Below are positions 1-8,984 of a stretch of 55,344 bases of DNA, piece by piece; positions within the stretch are counted from its first letter, which is position 1; each line of letters opens with the position of its first letter. The notes below the pieces were generated by a model that worked only from the letters and a program-made list of their open reading frames with translations, ran no database searches and had not been told where the DNA came from. The translations under genes were made by a program, and so were the position numbers. The DNA is from an uncultured Mycoplasmatota bacterium (GTDB taxonomy: Bacteria; Bacillota_I; Bacilli_A; RF39; UBA660): contig CAMMWS010000004.1 of assembly GCA_946500695.1 (NCBI GenBank), positions 1 to 55,344 of the forward strand, written 5' to 3'.

Positions 1-60
1 CAATTCCTTGTATCAAATTATTGTCTACCAACACTATTTGACAAAGAACCATTTTACCTT

Positions 61-90
61 ATGGAGCGGATAAGCAACAGCTTACGAACT
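61..90 (-). repeat. att-like scar: duplicate of the tRNA-Gly 3' end
   Basis: ATGGAGCGGAT at 61-71 is identical to 8262-8272 (tRNA 3' acceptor strand + CCA). A CGAACT resembling the T-loop follows at 85-90. Confidence 0.75.
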
Positions 91-146
91 ACAACGCTCT
101 CTTTCTAGAAACATTATATAGTAATTCCTATATTTTTTCAAGGAAG

Positions 147-1735
147 GGTTAATTTAAGTTAGGAAATCCGAAATGGATATCCGGATTATTTAATTGATAA
201 GCAACAAAGTGAAACTTTGTTGAGTAAAATATTGTGATGATATGAAATAAAAAATCAAGAGTCAAGATGAACTCACATTGTTCGCTCTTGATTTTTTATT
301 ATCATATCTTTCATATTTAATTCTTCAATTGGAATATGATGTAAATTTAAAAGTTCTAATATTTCACTTCCTAAATTTTCTTCTAATAATTGTAAGGGAG
401 TTTTATAGTCCTTAATAGGCCTAGGGTAATTATTTAATCGATTAATAATATCAAAGATGTCTTTACTGGATAATTCGGTTATATCAAAACCTTTTTTTAT
501 TAACCATCTAAGTAGGATATAATTATTTTCTATATGCGGTTTTTCATAAGAAGCATAAGTATGAGTATAATATACTTCCATTCTTTTTTCTAAATCAGGA
601 AATATAGAGGTTTCAAGTATACTAAAATTGGTAAATTCAGGGCCGTTATCGGGAATTACTTTTTTAAATAATATATAAAAATATCTTTTTAAATGTTTTT
701 CTAATTCATCTAATTTTTTACCTATTTCTTCTTGTGTTTTAAACGGTATTTTAAAACCGATCATTAAAGAAAAGCAAGGAATCATTATTGTAAATATAAG
801 TTCTCCACCTTTAATACCTTCTACTGTATCAAATTCAGCGATGCCTAAAGGTCTATTTTCTTTTTCTTCTATGGATAAATTATCAATACTTCTTCCGTTT
901 AATTGATGACCTTTTACAGTATTTCTTTTTATTGTACTAGTTCCGTATCGAACTCTAGATACTTTGTTTCTTAGATCAAGATTACAACAGTCAAGAAGTC
1001 CTTTATCGATCCAACTATACAAAGTAGGAGTAGATATTTTAAACATTTTATATTTATCAGGTAAAGTATTTAAAATAACATCAGGAGAAATACCATTTTT
1101 AATTCTATCGGATATATAATCTTTGAACTCTTGGGGAACTCTATCTGCTTTTGTATCGATTCTAGAAACTTTTTGGACAACATTATGCATTTTTATGGCT
1201 GTTTCAGCATGATACTTTATTTTTACTTTTTTGCATTTTAAATAAAGTTCACATCCATTACAAACATGAGGACTTTTCTTTAGAAAATCACAGTCATTTT
1301 CTACTTTATAATTAGGACATACTTTAACAGCATTATGACAATATTTACATTGTGAACATTTTATTTGATCAACAATTTTATCACATAAAAATTTTTGATG
1401 ACAATTATCTTTGTTTAAACAATTCGAACATTTTCTAGCAACACCAAAATAAGAAGAATAATTTTTTATTTCTTTTCGAATTGTACTTTCGTCTTTATCA
1501 AGAAGTCTTCCAATTTCGGAAATATTTTTTCCTTCATTTAAATAAAATTCAATATTTCCTAATTCCAAATTAGTCAAATTTTTGTTAGAATAATTACGAC
1601 CCATATACATACCTCCAATTACATAATTTTCTGAACAAAAATATTGTATCAAAGGATCATGTATATGGGTATTTTTATTTCGGATATCCAAATTTAAATT
1701 TATATATAATTCGGATTTCGATATTTTAATGAACA
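147..1735 (-). mobile_element. IS30-family insertion sequence
   Basis: Imperfect terminal inverted repeats at 147-174 and 1708-1735 share GAAATCCGAA. Flanked by direct repeat TTTTTTCAAGGAAG at 133-146 and 1736-1749. Encodes one transposase. Confidence 0.85.
273..1604 (-). CDS. IS30-family DDE transposase with Cys-rich insertion
   Basis: N-terminal HTH (ISEIGRLLDKDESTIRKEI), EFDTV, PDNGPEF, SYEKPHIEN and LNNYPR motifs. Start moved to ATG 1604, 6 nt after GGAGGT. Confidence 0.9.
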   Translation of the reverse strand: MGRNYSNKNLTNLELGNIEFYLNEGKNISEIGRLLDKDESTIRKEIKNYSSYFGVARKCSNCLNKDNCHQKFLCDKIVDQIKCSQCKYCHNAVKVCPNYKVENDCDFLKKSPHVCNGCELYLKCKKVKIKYHAETAIKMHNVVQKVSRIDTKADRVPQEFKDYISDRIKNGISPDVILNTLPDKYKMFKISTPTLYSWIDKGLLDCCNLDLRNKVSRVRYGTSTIKRNTVKGHQLNGRSIDNLSIEEKENRPLGIAEFDTVEGIKGGELIFTIMIPCFSLMIGFKIPFKTQEEIGKKLDELEKHLKRYFYILFKKVIPDNGPEFTNFSILETSIFPDLEKRMEVYYTHTYASYEKPHIENNYILLRWLIKKGFDITELSSKDIFDIINRLNNYPRPIKDYKTPLQLLEENLGSEILELLNLHHIPIEELNMKDMIIKNQERTM

Positions 1736-1811
1736 TTTTTTCAAGGAAGTATGGGAATTTTTTGCGATTTATAGTATAATAATACTGTATTAATTTAACG
1801 GAGGTTATACG

Positions 1812-3500
1812 GTGTTTATTTACAATTTAGAAGATGTGGCTAAAAAATTAAAAATTGATTTTGAAGGAATTACAAAACAAATTGAACATAACGGTGTAAA
1901 AGGGAGTGCAAGAGAAGATTTATTAAAAGATTATTTAAAAAAATTATTACCGGAAAAATATTCTATTTCTAGTGGAATAATTATTGATAATAGTCAAAAA
2001 CAAAGTAAACAGCAAGATTTTATAATACACGATGCATTTAATTGCCCGAGTTTTTTTAAGACAGAATCAAATTCAATTTTACCTATTGAAAGTGTTTATG
2101 CAACAATTGAAGTTAAGTCGACACTTGACTATTCTACATTAGAGCAAAGTGTTAAAAATGTGGAAAGTGTAAGAAATCTTAATAAATTAACTAATAGAAA
2201 TATTATTCGTAATCAATATGATAACTTTTATCCTTTGGGTTTTGTATTTGCATATTCTTCTACTTGCTCATTAGAACAAATTCAAAAAAAACTATTTGAA
2301 TTAAATAAAAACATTAACAGTAGACATCAAATTTCTATTATTTGTATTTTAGATAAAGGATTGATTTTTAATGTGCAAAAAAACAATGTAACAGAAGTAA
2401 CACTAATTCCAAGTAATAATACTTTACTCGGTAGGTCAGATAGTGGTTTAGAAAGTACCTTATATTCTTTTTACTTGTTTTTGTTAGAATATTTAGACAA
2501 TGTACATATCCAAGTTCCAAGTTTAATAGAATATGCTAGAAAAAATAACTCATTTAAAGTTTCTATAAATATTCCTAATGAATTAATTCCAGATGATGCC
2601 GTCTATAAGGAAGGTGCCATTGAATTAAAATATGGAGATGCTAGAAAAATGTTAAACTTAAATAATAAGTATCCAAATTTATTTAATGGTAAAATGACTT
2701 ATGAAGAAATGTTTAATTATTTAAAAGATGATTTTATACCACTTTGTAAAATGCAAGCAAAAATTGCTAAAGTTCCGAGACATGACAAAGTAACCATATA
2801 TGGATATAGTTTTTCACCTGATGAATTTAGTAAATTTGAAAATTATGCTTTAAATTATGACACTTATCAAGAATCAAAAGAAAATTTTGATAATATTGTA
2901 AAGAATATATATTCAAGATATAAAATGGAAGTAGAAGGAAAAAACGAAATGAAAGAAAATTATATTATTATACATGGAAGCTTCGGCTCAAAAGATGAAA
3001 ATTGGTTTCCTTGGTTAAAAGAACAATTAGAAAGCAAAGATAAGAAAATAGATGTCCCTCAAATGCCTGTTGGAGTTGGAAAACAAAATTTCGAAAGTTG
3101 GTCTAAAGTGTTAGATGAACTAGCTATAAATGAAAATACTATTATCATTGCACATAGCATAGCACCGATTTTTGTATGTAAATATTTGATTACTAATAAA
3201 ATTGCAGTTAAAAAATTAATTTTTGTTTGTGGATTCAATAACTATTTAGGAATAGATAAGGATTTTGATGCAGTCAATGAACCTATGTTTATAGATAATT
3301 TTGAGGATGTAAAAAAATATTGTAACGATATTGTTTGTTATTTCTCTAATAATGATCCATATGTTAAATTTGATGTTGAAAAATCATTTGCAGACAAAAT
3401 TGCTAATAGACAATATATAATTAAAAATGGTGGACATATAAATTCTGAAACAGGATATACAAAATTTGAAGAAATTTTAGAGGAGGTATATAATGACTGA
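1812..3500 (+). CDS. DUF6602-like (PD-(D/E)XK-type) domain fused to an RBBP9/YdeN-like alpha/beta hydrolase
   Basis: N-half: GSAREDLLKDYL...SKQQDFII...PIESVYATIEVKSTL. C-half from M380: IIIHG, WFPWLK, AHSIA, NDPYV, GGHIN. Confidence 0.75.
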   Translation: MFIYNLEDVAKKLKIDFEGITKQIEHNGVKGSAREDLLKDYLKKLLPEKYSISSGIIIDNSQKQSKQQDFIIHDAFNCPSFFKTESNSILPIESVYATIEVKSTLDYSTLEQSVKNVESVRNLNKLTNRNIIRNQYDNFYPLGFVFAYSSTCSLEQIQKKLFELNKNINSRHQISIICILDKGLIFNVQKNNVTEVTLIPSNNTLLGRSDSGLESTLYSFYLFLLEYLDNVHIQVPSLIEYARKNNSFKVSINIPNELIPDDAVYKEGAIELKYGDARKMLNLNNKYPNLFNGKMTYEEMFNYLKDDFIPLCKMQAKIAKVPRHDKVTIYGYSFSPDEFSKFENYALNYDTYQESKENFDNIVKNIYSRYKMEVEGKNEMKENYIIIHGSFGSKDENWFPWLKEQLESKDKKIDVPQMPVGVGKQNFESWSKVLDELAINENTIIIAHSIAPIFVCKYLITNKIAVKKLIFVCGFNNYLGIDKDFDAVNEPMFIDNFEDVKKYCNDIVCYFSNNDPYVKFDVEKSFADKIANRQYIIKNGGHINSETGYTKFEEILEEVYND

Positions 3501-3942
3501 TGAGCAATATATTGATATAGCAATAGAGATAAGTAAAAATGCTAAATATCCTTATGGTGCTGTTGTTGTTAAAGATAATAAAATAATTGGTAGAAGCGAT
3601 GATAAAACTTTAATGGAAACAAGTATGTATTCGCATGCGGAATTAGAGGCAATAGAAAGTGCTTCTAAAAACAAGAATTTATATGGTGATTTAAAAGGTG
3701 CAACTATGTATGTATCTTGTGAGCCTTGTATGATGTGTATGGGAGCAATACTTTATGAACAATTTTCAAAAATTGTTTATGCTGCTACGTTACAAGATAG
3801 CAATGATAATTATTGTCCAGAAATGATTACTAATATAGATGAATTAGCAAAATACTCAAAAAACAAAATTGAAATAATAAAAGAATTGCATAGAGATAAG
3901 GCAGTTGAAGTATTAAAAATGAGAGGAACAAATAATGAATAA
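3493..3942 (+). CDS. Zinc-dependent nucleoside/nucleobase deaminase (CDA superfamily)
   Basis: PYGAVVV, HAE and EPCMMC motifs. Confidence 0.9.
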   Translation: MTDEQYIDIAIEISKNAKYPYGAVVVKDNKIIGRSDDKTLMETSMYSHAELEAIESASKNKNLYGDLKGATMYVSCEPCMMCMGAILYEQFSKIVYAATLQDSNDNYCPEMITNIDELAKYSKNKIEIIKELHRDKAVEVLKMRGTNNE

Positions 3943-4288
3943 AGATTTTGTGCAAGATTGGTTAAATAAACTTAAAAAATATTGGTTAAATAAAGATATA
4001 GAAAGTGCGGTATCTTTATTTACTAAAACTACTTTTTACCAAGAAACTCCATTTATGAAGGCATATACTACTTTAGAAGAGATTAATGAAGAATGGCAAC
4101 ACATAACAAATGAAAATATAAAACAAATAGATTTTAAAATATTAGCGATAGATAGTTATACTACTATTGTTGAGTGGTATTTAGAACAAAACTCTGAAAT
4201 TTATGATGGAATTTATGAAATAAAGTTTAATGAGAATTTAGAATGTATTTATTTTAAAAGTTGGGAAATGAAAGACGTTTTTAATTAA
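3935..4288 (+). CDS. NTF2/SnoaL-like protein
   Basis: 117 aa with pattern W..KD.E...LF....Y.E.PF and DGIY.I.F typical of SnoaL-like folds. Translationally coupled to the deaminase. Confidence 0.6.
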   Translation: MNKDFVQDWLNKLKKYWLNKDIESAVSLFTKTTFYQETPFMKAYTTLEEINEEWQHITNENIKQIDFKILAIDSYTTIVEWYLEQNSEIYDGIYEIKFNENLECIYFKSWEMKDVFN

Positions 4289-4340
4289 CCGCTATGTAGT
4301 TTTGAGGTGATATATTAAATCCAAGAAAGGAACAATCACA

Positions 4341-4988
4341 ATGAAAAAAGATTTAACAATAGAACAAAAGAAAAAATGTGTTATTGATGATTATAATGAT
4401 ATCGCTAAAGAATATACTAAAGAATTTTTTGACGATAAATCAGACGAAAAATATATTGATCAGTTTTTACAAAGTTTAGATGGAAAATATGTTTTAGACG
4501 CAGGATGTGGTAATGGACGTGATTGTAAATATATAAATCAAAAAGGATTTAAAGTTAAAGGTATCGATTTGTCAAAAGCAATGTTAGTTATTGCTAAAAA
4601 AATGGTTCCTGAAGTTGACTTTGAAGTAATGGATATAACTAATATTACTTATTCAGACAATAGTTATGATGGAATAATCTCAAATTGTTCTTTCTTCCAT
4701 ATACCAGTAGAAGAATTGCCTAAAACTCTAAATTCTTTTTCCAAAATATTAAGACCAAATGGCAAATTGTTATTAATTTTACAAGAAGGATTGGGCGAAA
4801 CAATGATAGAAGAGCCTTTTAGAAAAGGAGTCTATATTTATATGAATTATTTTTCTGTTAAACAGATAAGTGATTTATTATTAAAACATGGATTTGAAAT
4901 AGATAGTATATTAAGAGAGGAATCACCTAATGATTTAGAATTAGGGAAAGGAAAATTAATAGTATTATCGCATAATGCTAAACATTAA
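4341..4988 (+). CDS. Class I SAM-dependent methyltransferase
   Basis: VLDAGCGNG, GIDLSKAML and LRPNG motifs. Confidence 0.9.
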   Translation: MKKDLTIEQKKKCVIDDYNDIAKEYTKEFFDDKSDEKYIDQFLQSLDGKYVLDAGCGNGRDCKYINQKGFKVKGIDLSKAMLVIAKKMVPEVDFEVMDITNITYSDNSYDGIISNCSFFHIPVEELPKTLNSFSKILRPNGKLLLILQEGLGETMIEEPFRKGVYIYMNYFSVKQISDLLLKHGFEIDSILREESPNDLELGKGKLIVLSHNAKH

Positions 4989-5016
4989 AGTTTATGTAAT
5001 TAAATTTATTTAAATT

Positions 5017-5056
5017 AAAAGACAATGAATCTATATAAAATTAACATTGTCTTTTT
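5017..5056. terminator. Bidirectional intrinsic terminator
   Basis: AAAAGACAATG...CATTGTCTTTT between convergent genes. Confidence 0.75.
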
Positions 5057-5061
5057 GTAAA

Positions 5062-5364
5062 TTATTTTTGAGGTTGGTTAATTATATTGTTTATATTTCT
5101 AATTTGCTTGGTAATAAAATTCGAATAATCAGAATAATTAAGGAAATCCATTTGTTTTTTTAATAAAGATAAATCTTCAACTATTTTTAACAGTTGTAAC
5201 TTTTTTTCTAAATTATTTTTAATTACATCATCATTTGTATAGTCATTAATTAATTTTCTAATAAAGTCAGATTGTGATAGTTTGGCTTTATTAGATTTTT
5301 CTACTAGCATTCGTTTTTCATCTTCATTTAAAAATACATTAATTTTAATATTTCTTTTTCTCAT
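5062..5364 (-). CDS. MobC-like ribbon-helix-helix relaxosome accessory protein
   Basis: MRKRNIKINVFLNEDEK..L.EK.....LSQSDFIRKLI matches the MobC RHH pattern. Confidence 0.75.
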   Translation of the reverse strand: MRKRNIKINVFLNEDEKRMLVEKSNKAKLSQSDFIRKLINDYTNDDVIKNNLEKKLQLLKIVEDLSLLKKQMDFLNYSDYSNFITKQIRNINNIINQPQK

Positions 5365-5385
5365 AATTAATTTTATCCTTTCAAA

Positions 5386-5468
5386 GTAAGGGTATGGGAA
5401 ATTCCCATAATAGAATTTGTGCGGGAGTACAAATTCAGTGCTGGCTAGGACAAATATTATAGCTTGTA
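5386..5468. promoter_or_regulatory. Putative oriT
   Basis: Two adjacent inverted repeats directly upstream of mobC: TATGGGAA-A-TTCCCATA (5393-5409) and GAATTTGT-N8-ACAAATTC (5413-5436). Locally GC-richer than the flanks. Confidence 0.55.
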
Positions 5469-5469
5469 C

Positions 5470-5838
5470 TCACACATTTTTATTATAAATTAATTCATTC
5501 AATATAATTTCTTCTGCAATAATTTTATAGTTATTCATTAATTTTACCCATTCTAATTGATTAATCTCTTTACTTTTTTCAGATAGTAATTTGTCTGATT
5601 TTTTAAATTGTTCCATCAGATTATTTAATCTATTTTCACATTCATTACTAACTGAAACAAGATAATCGGTTAGTTCATTTTTCATTAACAGAGTTGTATA
5701 AAGTGCTTTGCTATTCTTTTTCAGATAGTGCAATTTTAGTAATCCATATTTGTTAATTCTTTTATATTTTTGATTTTTAATAGTTAAATTAGGGAATAAA
5801 TAATCTCCAACTTTTGTATAAGTTAATTTCATTTGCAT
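5470..5838 (-). CDS. tnpV: TnpV-family protein
   Basis: LTYTKVGDYLFPNL...KYGLL..HYLK...LEWVKLMNN..IAEEIIL.ELIY signature. Confidence 0.85.
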   Translation of the reverse strand: MQMKLTYTKVGDYLFPNLTIKNQKYKRINKYGLLKLHYLKKNSKALYTTLLMKNELTDYLVSVSNECENRLNNLMEQFKKSDKLLSEKSKEINQLEWVKLMNNYKIIAEEIILNELIYNKNV

Positions 5839-5854
5839 CTCTCCATTTCTTTAT

Positions 5855-7645
5855 TTAATTTGCTATTTCCATTTTAGTTTTAGGTACTAATATTAAAATA
5901 TCTTTTAGTTTATTTTCCTCAACATAAGGACAACTGATAATGCCATCTATATATAAATGCTCTTTGGATTTTGATATAAAATCTCCTAAAAATTCATTAG
6001 AATACTTATTATTTTTCATTTTTGTAACTGATAAAATATCATAATCTTGTTCTAAATCTTTTAGTTTTTCTTTGTTAATTTCTTTTTGATATTTAATTCC
6101 GGTATTGTTATCAGTCATTATTTTATTAAGATATTTTAAATACTCTTTACTGCTTTTTGTTATAAATTCATCTGTGAATTTTATATCTTTAATTTCAATA
6201 TTATAATTTTTATCTCTAGTAATTTCTATTTGTGATACAAGTCTATGAATCATATCTCTTTTGACTTCTCGTGATAGTAAATCATATAGAAAAGTAAAGC
6301 CGATATTTTTAATACTGGTAAAAATTAAAGTTTCATTTTCTTCTATACAATCTAGTTTTTTTATTAGTTCTACTGTATATTCTTGTGATGAGTTGTCTGG
6401 ATCAAGACTAATTTTCTTTTTGTTTAATTTATCAATTTCTTTTTTTATAATGTCATTTTTATAATTAATAGTTTCTACATCTAGGTTAGAACTTAGATAT
6501 AAATCAACTAATCTTTTTTCTTGTAGTTTTAACTTTTCAATAGCTTTTTCTATTTCTTTTACATCATTGCTTTTAGTAGAATTGCAGGTAATAATTTCAT
6601 TATCCATAGAAAGCATAAATATTGTTAGTTCCTCTAATATTCTTTTTAATTTTGTTTCTATTTTTTCTGTATTATAATGATAACCATAACCTTTACAATT
6701 AGTGTTTTTACACCTTAAATGGTAATATACTTTTTGTTTTCCGTTAGGATATTTAAATGATTCTGATGAACTCATAATCTCTCCACATAAAGGGCATTTA
6801 ACTAATCCTGAAAATAAATGAATATGCTCACCATAATTAGAATGTTTATTTTTAACTAATACATTTCTAGTTGCATTCCAAGTATTTATATCAATAATTG
6901 GTTCACAATAATTTTCAACTCTTAAAACATCTTGAGGTTTTCTTTTATACTTTCCATATTCAAATATTCCAATATAAATTGAATTAGTAAGTATTTTATA
7001 AACTCTATCTGATAACCATTTTCCTTGTTTTAAGTAAGCATTATTATTGTGCATAATAGTAGCAATATTTCTGGTGGAATGACCTTGTTTGCATAGTTCA
7101 AATATTTCTTTTACTACTTGTGATTCAATAGGTTCTATTTCTAAATGACCAGTATTTTTATTTCTAACATAGCCATAAGGTGCTTTACTAGGGTGTATTT
7201 TTTCTAAAGCCATTTCTTCCATAGCTCTTTTTGTTCTTGCTCCAATTTCTTTTCTTTCTCGTTGACCGAATACTAAGTTCATTCCAAATATCATTTCACC
7301 ATTAGCAGTAGATACATCATAAGGTTCTAATATCAATTCAATTTTAACATCGTGTTCTTCACAGTAATTTAAAAGCCAAAAACCATCATAATTATTTCTT
7401 GTAAGTCTATCTACTTTAATAGCAATTAATTTATCAATCTTTTTAGATTTTATATCAGCAAGTAATCTCTGCATTTCTGGTCGCATTAAATCTTTTCCAG
7501 AATAACCTGCGTCATTATACACATCTACAATACTATAATCATTTTTCTCACAATATTCTTTAATCATACGAAGTTGTAAATCAATAGAATAACCATTATT
7601 TCTTTGGTCATCTGTACTAACTCTTACATAAATACCACATCTCAT
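5855..7645 (-). CDS. Large serine recombinase (integrase)
   Basis: YVRVSTDDQ catalytic Ser, DAGYSG, RPEMQRLL, DRLTR, APYGY, Zn ribbon CPLCG...C...C and a coiled coil. Confidence 0.95.
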   Translation of the reverse strand: MRCGIYVRVSTDDQRNNGYSIDLQLRMIKEYCEKNDYSIVDVYNDAGYSGKDLMRPEMQRLLADIKSKKIDKLIAIKVDRLTRNNYDGFWLLNYCEEHDVKIELILEPYDVSTANGEMIFGMNLVFGQRERKEIGARTKRAMEEMALEKIHPSKAPYGYVRNKNTGHLEIEPIESQVVKEIFELCKQGHSTRNIATIMHNNNAYLKQGKWLSDRVYKILTNSIYIGIFEYGKYKRKPQDVLRVENYCEPIIDINTWNATRNVLVKNKHSNYGEHIHLFSGLVKCPLCGEIMSSSESFKYPNGKQKVYYHLRCKNTNCKGYGYHYNTEKIETKLKRILEELTIFMLSMDNEIITCNSTKSNDVKEIEKAIEKLKLQEKRLVDLYLSSNLDVETINYKNDIIKKEIDKLNKKKISLDPDNSSQEYTVELIKKLDCIEENETLIFTSIKNIGFTFLYDLLSREVKRDMIHRLVSQIEITRDKNYNIEIKDIKFTDEFITKSSKEYLKYLNKIMTDNNTGIKYQKEINKEKLKDLEQDYDILSVTKMKNNKYSNEFLGDFISKSKEHLYIDGIISCPYVEENKLKDILILVPKTKMEIAN

Positions 7646-7882
7646 AAAATATCATCTCCTTACTTGTTTCCTAACTAAAAAGCAAAATAACAAACACTAA
7701 ATTAAATTTTTTATATTTCTTATTAGTTTCCTCGTTAATAAATGAAAAGTATAGTCTAAACTTTAATTTTATTTAAAAATTTTTAATATTTTTTATTAGT
7801 TATCTTATATAAAATAAGTTTTACGAAGTCTATCAATTAATACTTCTCTAATGTTTCCTCACTAAAAAAGAAAAAATAAGGT

Positions 7883-8167
7883 TTAAATTCTAAGTTTTTG
7901 TAAAATTTGAATGGTTTCTGATATTGAATTTTTTTGATTATGCTCTTTAATAAAAAATGGTTTACTAGATATTTCATTTACTTTGTATTCTAGTATTGTA
8001 AGAGTAATAGGATATGTAATCAGATATTCAGTGGGTTCTATAACTTGTAAATTGGTGTGTAGTAGATTTTTAACCTTACCGTTTTTAATTTTGTATTTAT
8101 AATCCTTAATCACTTCAAGTATTTCCGTATTCGGCTTTAAAGTCTGAATAGTCTTAAATTCAAGCAT
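7883..8167 (-). CDS. Hypothetical protein
   Basis: 94 aa ORF with strong AGGAGG RBS; no recognisable motif. Confidence 0.6.
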   Translation of the reverse strand: MLEFKTIQTLKPNTEILEVIKDYKYKIKNGKVKNLLHTNLQVIEPTEYLITYPITLTILEYKVNEISSKPFFIKEHNQKNSISETIQILQKLRI

Positions 8168-8217
8168 AAAAAATGTCCTCCTTCCTAGAAAGAGAACATT
8201 TAAGTTTCATATATAAA

Positions 8218-8253
8218 AATAAAAACTTACGAACTTTCTAACGTCCGTAAGTT
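8218..8253 (-). terminator. Terminator downstream of tRNA-Gly
   Basis: Minus strand AACTTACGGAC-loop-GTTCGTAAGTT followed by a T run. Confidence 0.75.
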
Positions 8254-8262
8254 GTATTCAAA

Positions 8263-8336
8263 TGGAGCGGATGAGGAGAATCGAACTCCCGTAGCGAGCT
8301 TGGAAGGCTCGGGTTCTACCATTAAACTACATCCGC
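8263..8336 (-). tRNA. tRNA-Gly(TCC)
   Basis: Acceptor stem GCGGATG/CATCCGC, anticodon arm CGAGC-CTTCCAA-GCTCG, GTTCGA T-loop, encoded CCA. Confidence 0.97.
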
Positions 8337-8369
8337 ATAAGTAAACATCAATTTGTATTGACATTTACA

Positions 8370-8398
8370 ATTATATGAAAAGAAATCATTAATGTCAA
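8370..8398 (-). promoter_or_regulatory. Sigma-A promoter of tRNA-Gly
   Basis: Perfect TTGACA-17-TATAAT on the minus strand. Confidence 0.85.
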
Positions 8399-8406
8399 CA
8401 GTTTTT

Positions 8407-8865
8407 TTATAATTTTACTGTTATATTTTCTTTTCTCTTGCCGCCACAAATATAATTTAAAGAAATATGATAAGTTTGTGCTAATTTTACAAGTTTATTA
8501 GTCGGTATCCTAGTTTTGCCATCTTCATAATAAGAATAACTAGATTGTCTAATGTTTAAAACTTTTGCAAATTCTCGTTGCGTCTTTTTTAATTTAAGGC
8601 GATATCTTCTTAATTGACTTCCAATAAATTCAACAGTTATATTTTTTTCGTATATTACTTCGCGCTTGTCTGAGGTTAGATTAAGCATATATTCTACATT
8701 AGTATGAAAGTATCTAGCAAGTTCTACTAATTTTTCTATTGGAAAATTAACATCACCTAATTCCCACATAGCGTAGGTAGTTCGTTTGACGCCTAGAATT
8801 TTAGCAACTTCGAATTGTTTTAAATCATGATCTTCTCTTAAATCTCTAATTTTCCCAAACTGCAT
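8407..8865 (-). CDS. Tandem (double) XRE-HTH transcriptional regulator
   Basis: Two HTH_3 repeats (IRDLRE..DLKQ.EVA..LGV.RTTY..WE.G and LRRYR...KTQ.EFA..LNI.QSSYSYYE.G). ATG 8865 follows AAGGTGG. Confidence 0.9.
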   Translation of the reverse strand: MQFGKIRDLREDHDLKQFEVAKILGVKRTTYAMWELGDVNFPIEKLVELARYFHTNVEYMLNLTSDKREVIYEKNITVEFIGSQLRRYRLKLKKTQREFAKVLNIRQSSYSYYEDGKTRIPTNKLVKLAQTYHISLNYICGGKRKENITVKL

Positions 8866-8984
8866 CTTTACCACCTTATTTTTATTTTATTACAGTCATT
8901 TGAATATTAAGAGATTTGTCAAGATAACTGATAAACAAAATAATGGAGCAAAAAAATAAATTTGGTTAATTATTATAATAGGAG

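Larger units (their letters stand above)
61..8272. mobile_element. Integrative mobilisable element inserted at the 3' end of tRNA-Gly
   Basis: Bounded by the 11-bp direct repeat. Contains a serine recombinase, TnpV, MobC, oriT-like hairpins and accessory cargo. Could be more than one nested element. Confidence 0.65.

Noticed and set aside
1605-1736. N-terminal 44 codons of the 487-aa transposase ORF
   Set aside because: Runs through the IS terminal repeat and has no RBS; ATG 1604 has a well-spaced GGAGGT.
3493-3942. Deaminase as housekeeping tadA
   Set aside because: Lies in mobile cargo and lacks the C-terminal features I would expect of TadA; substrate cannot be assigned.
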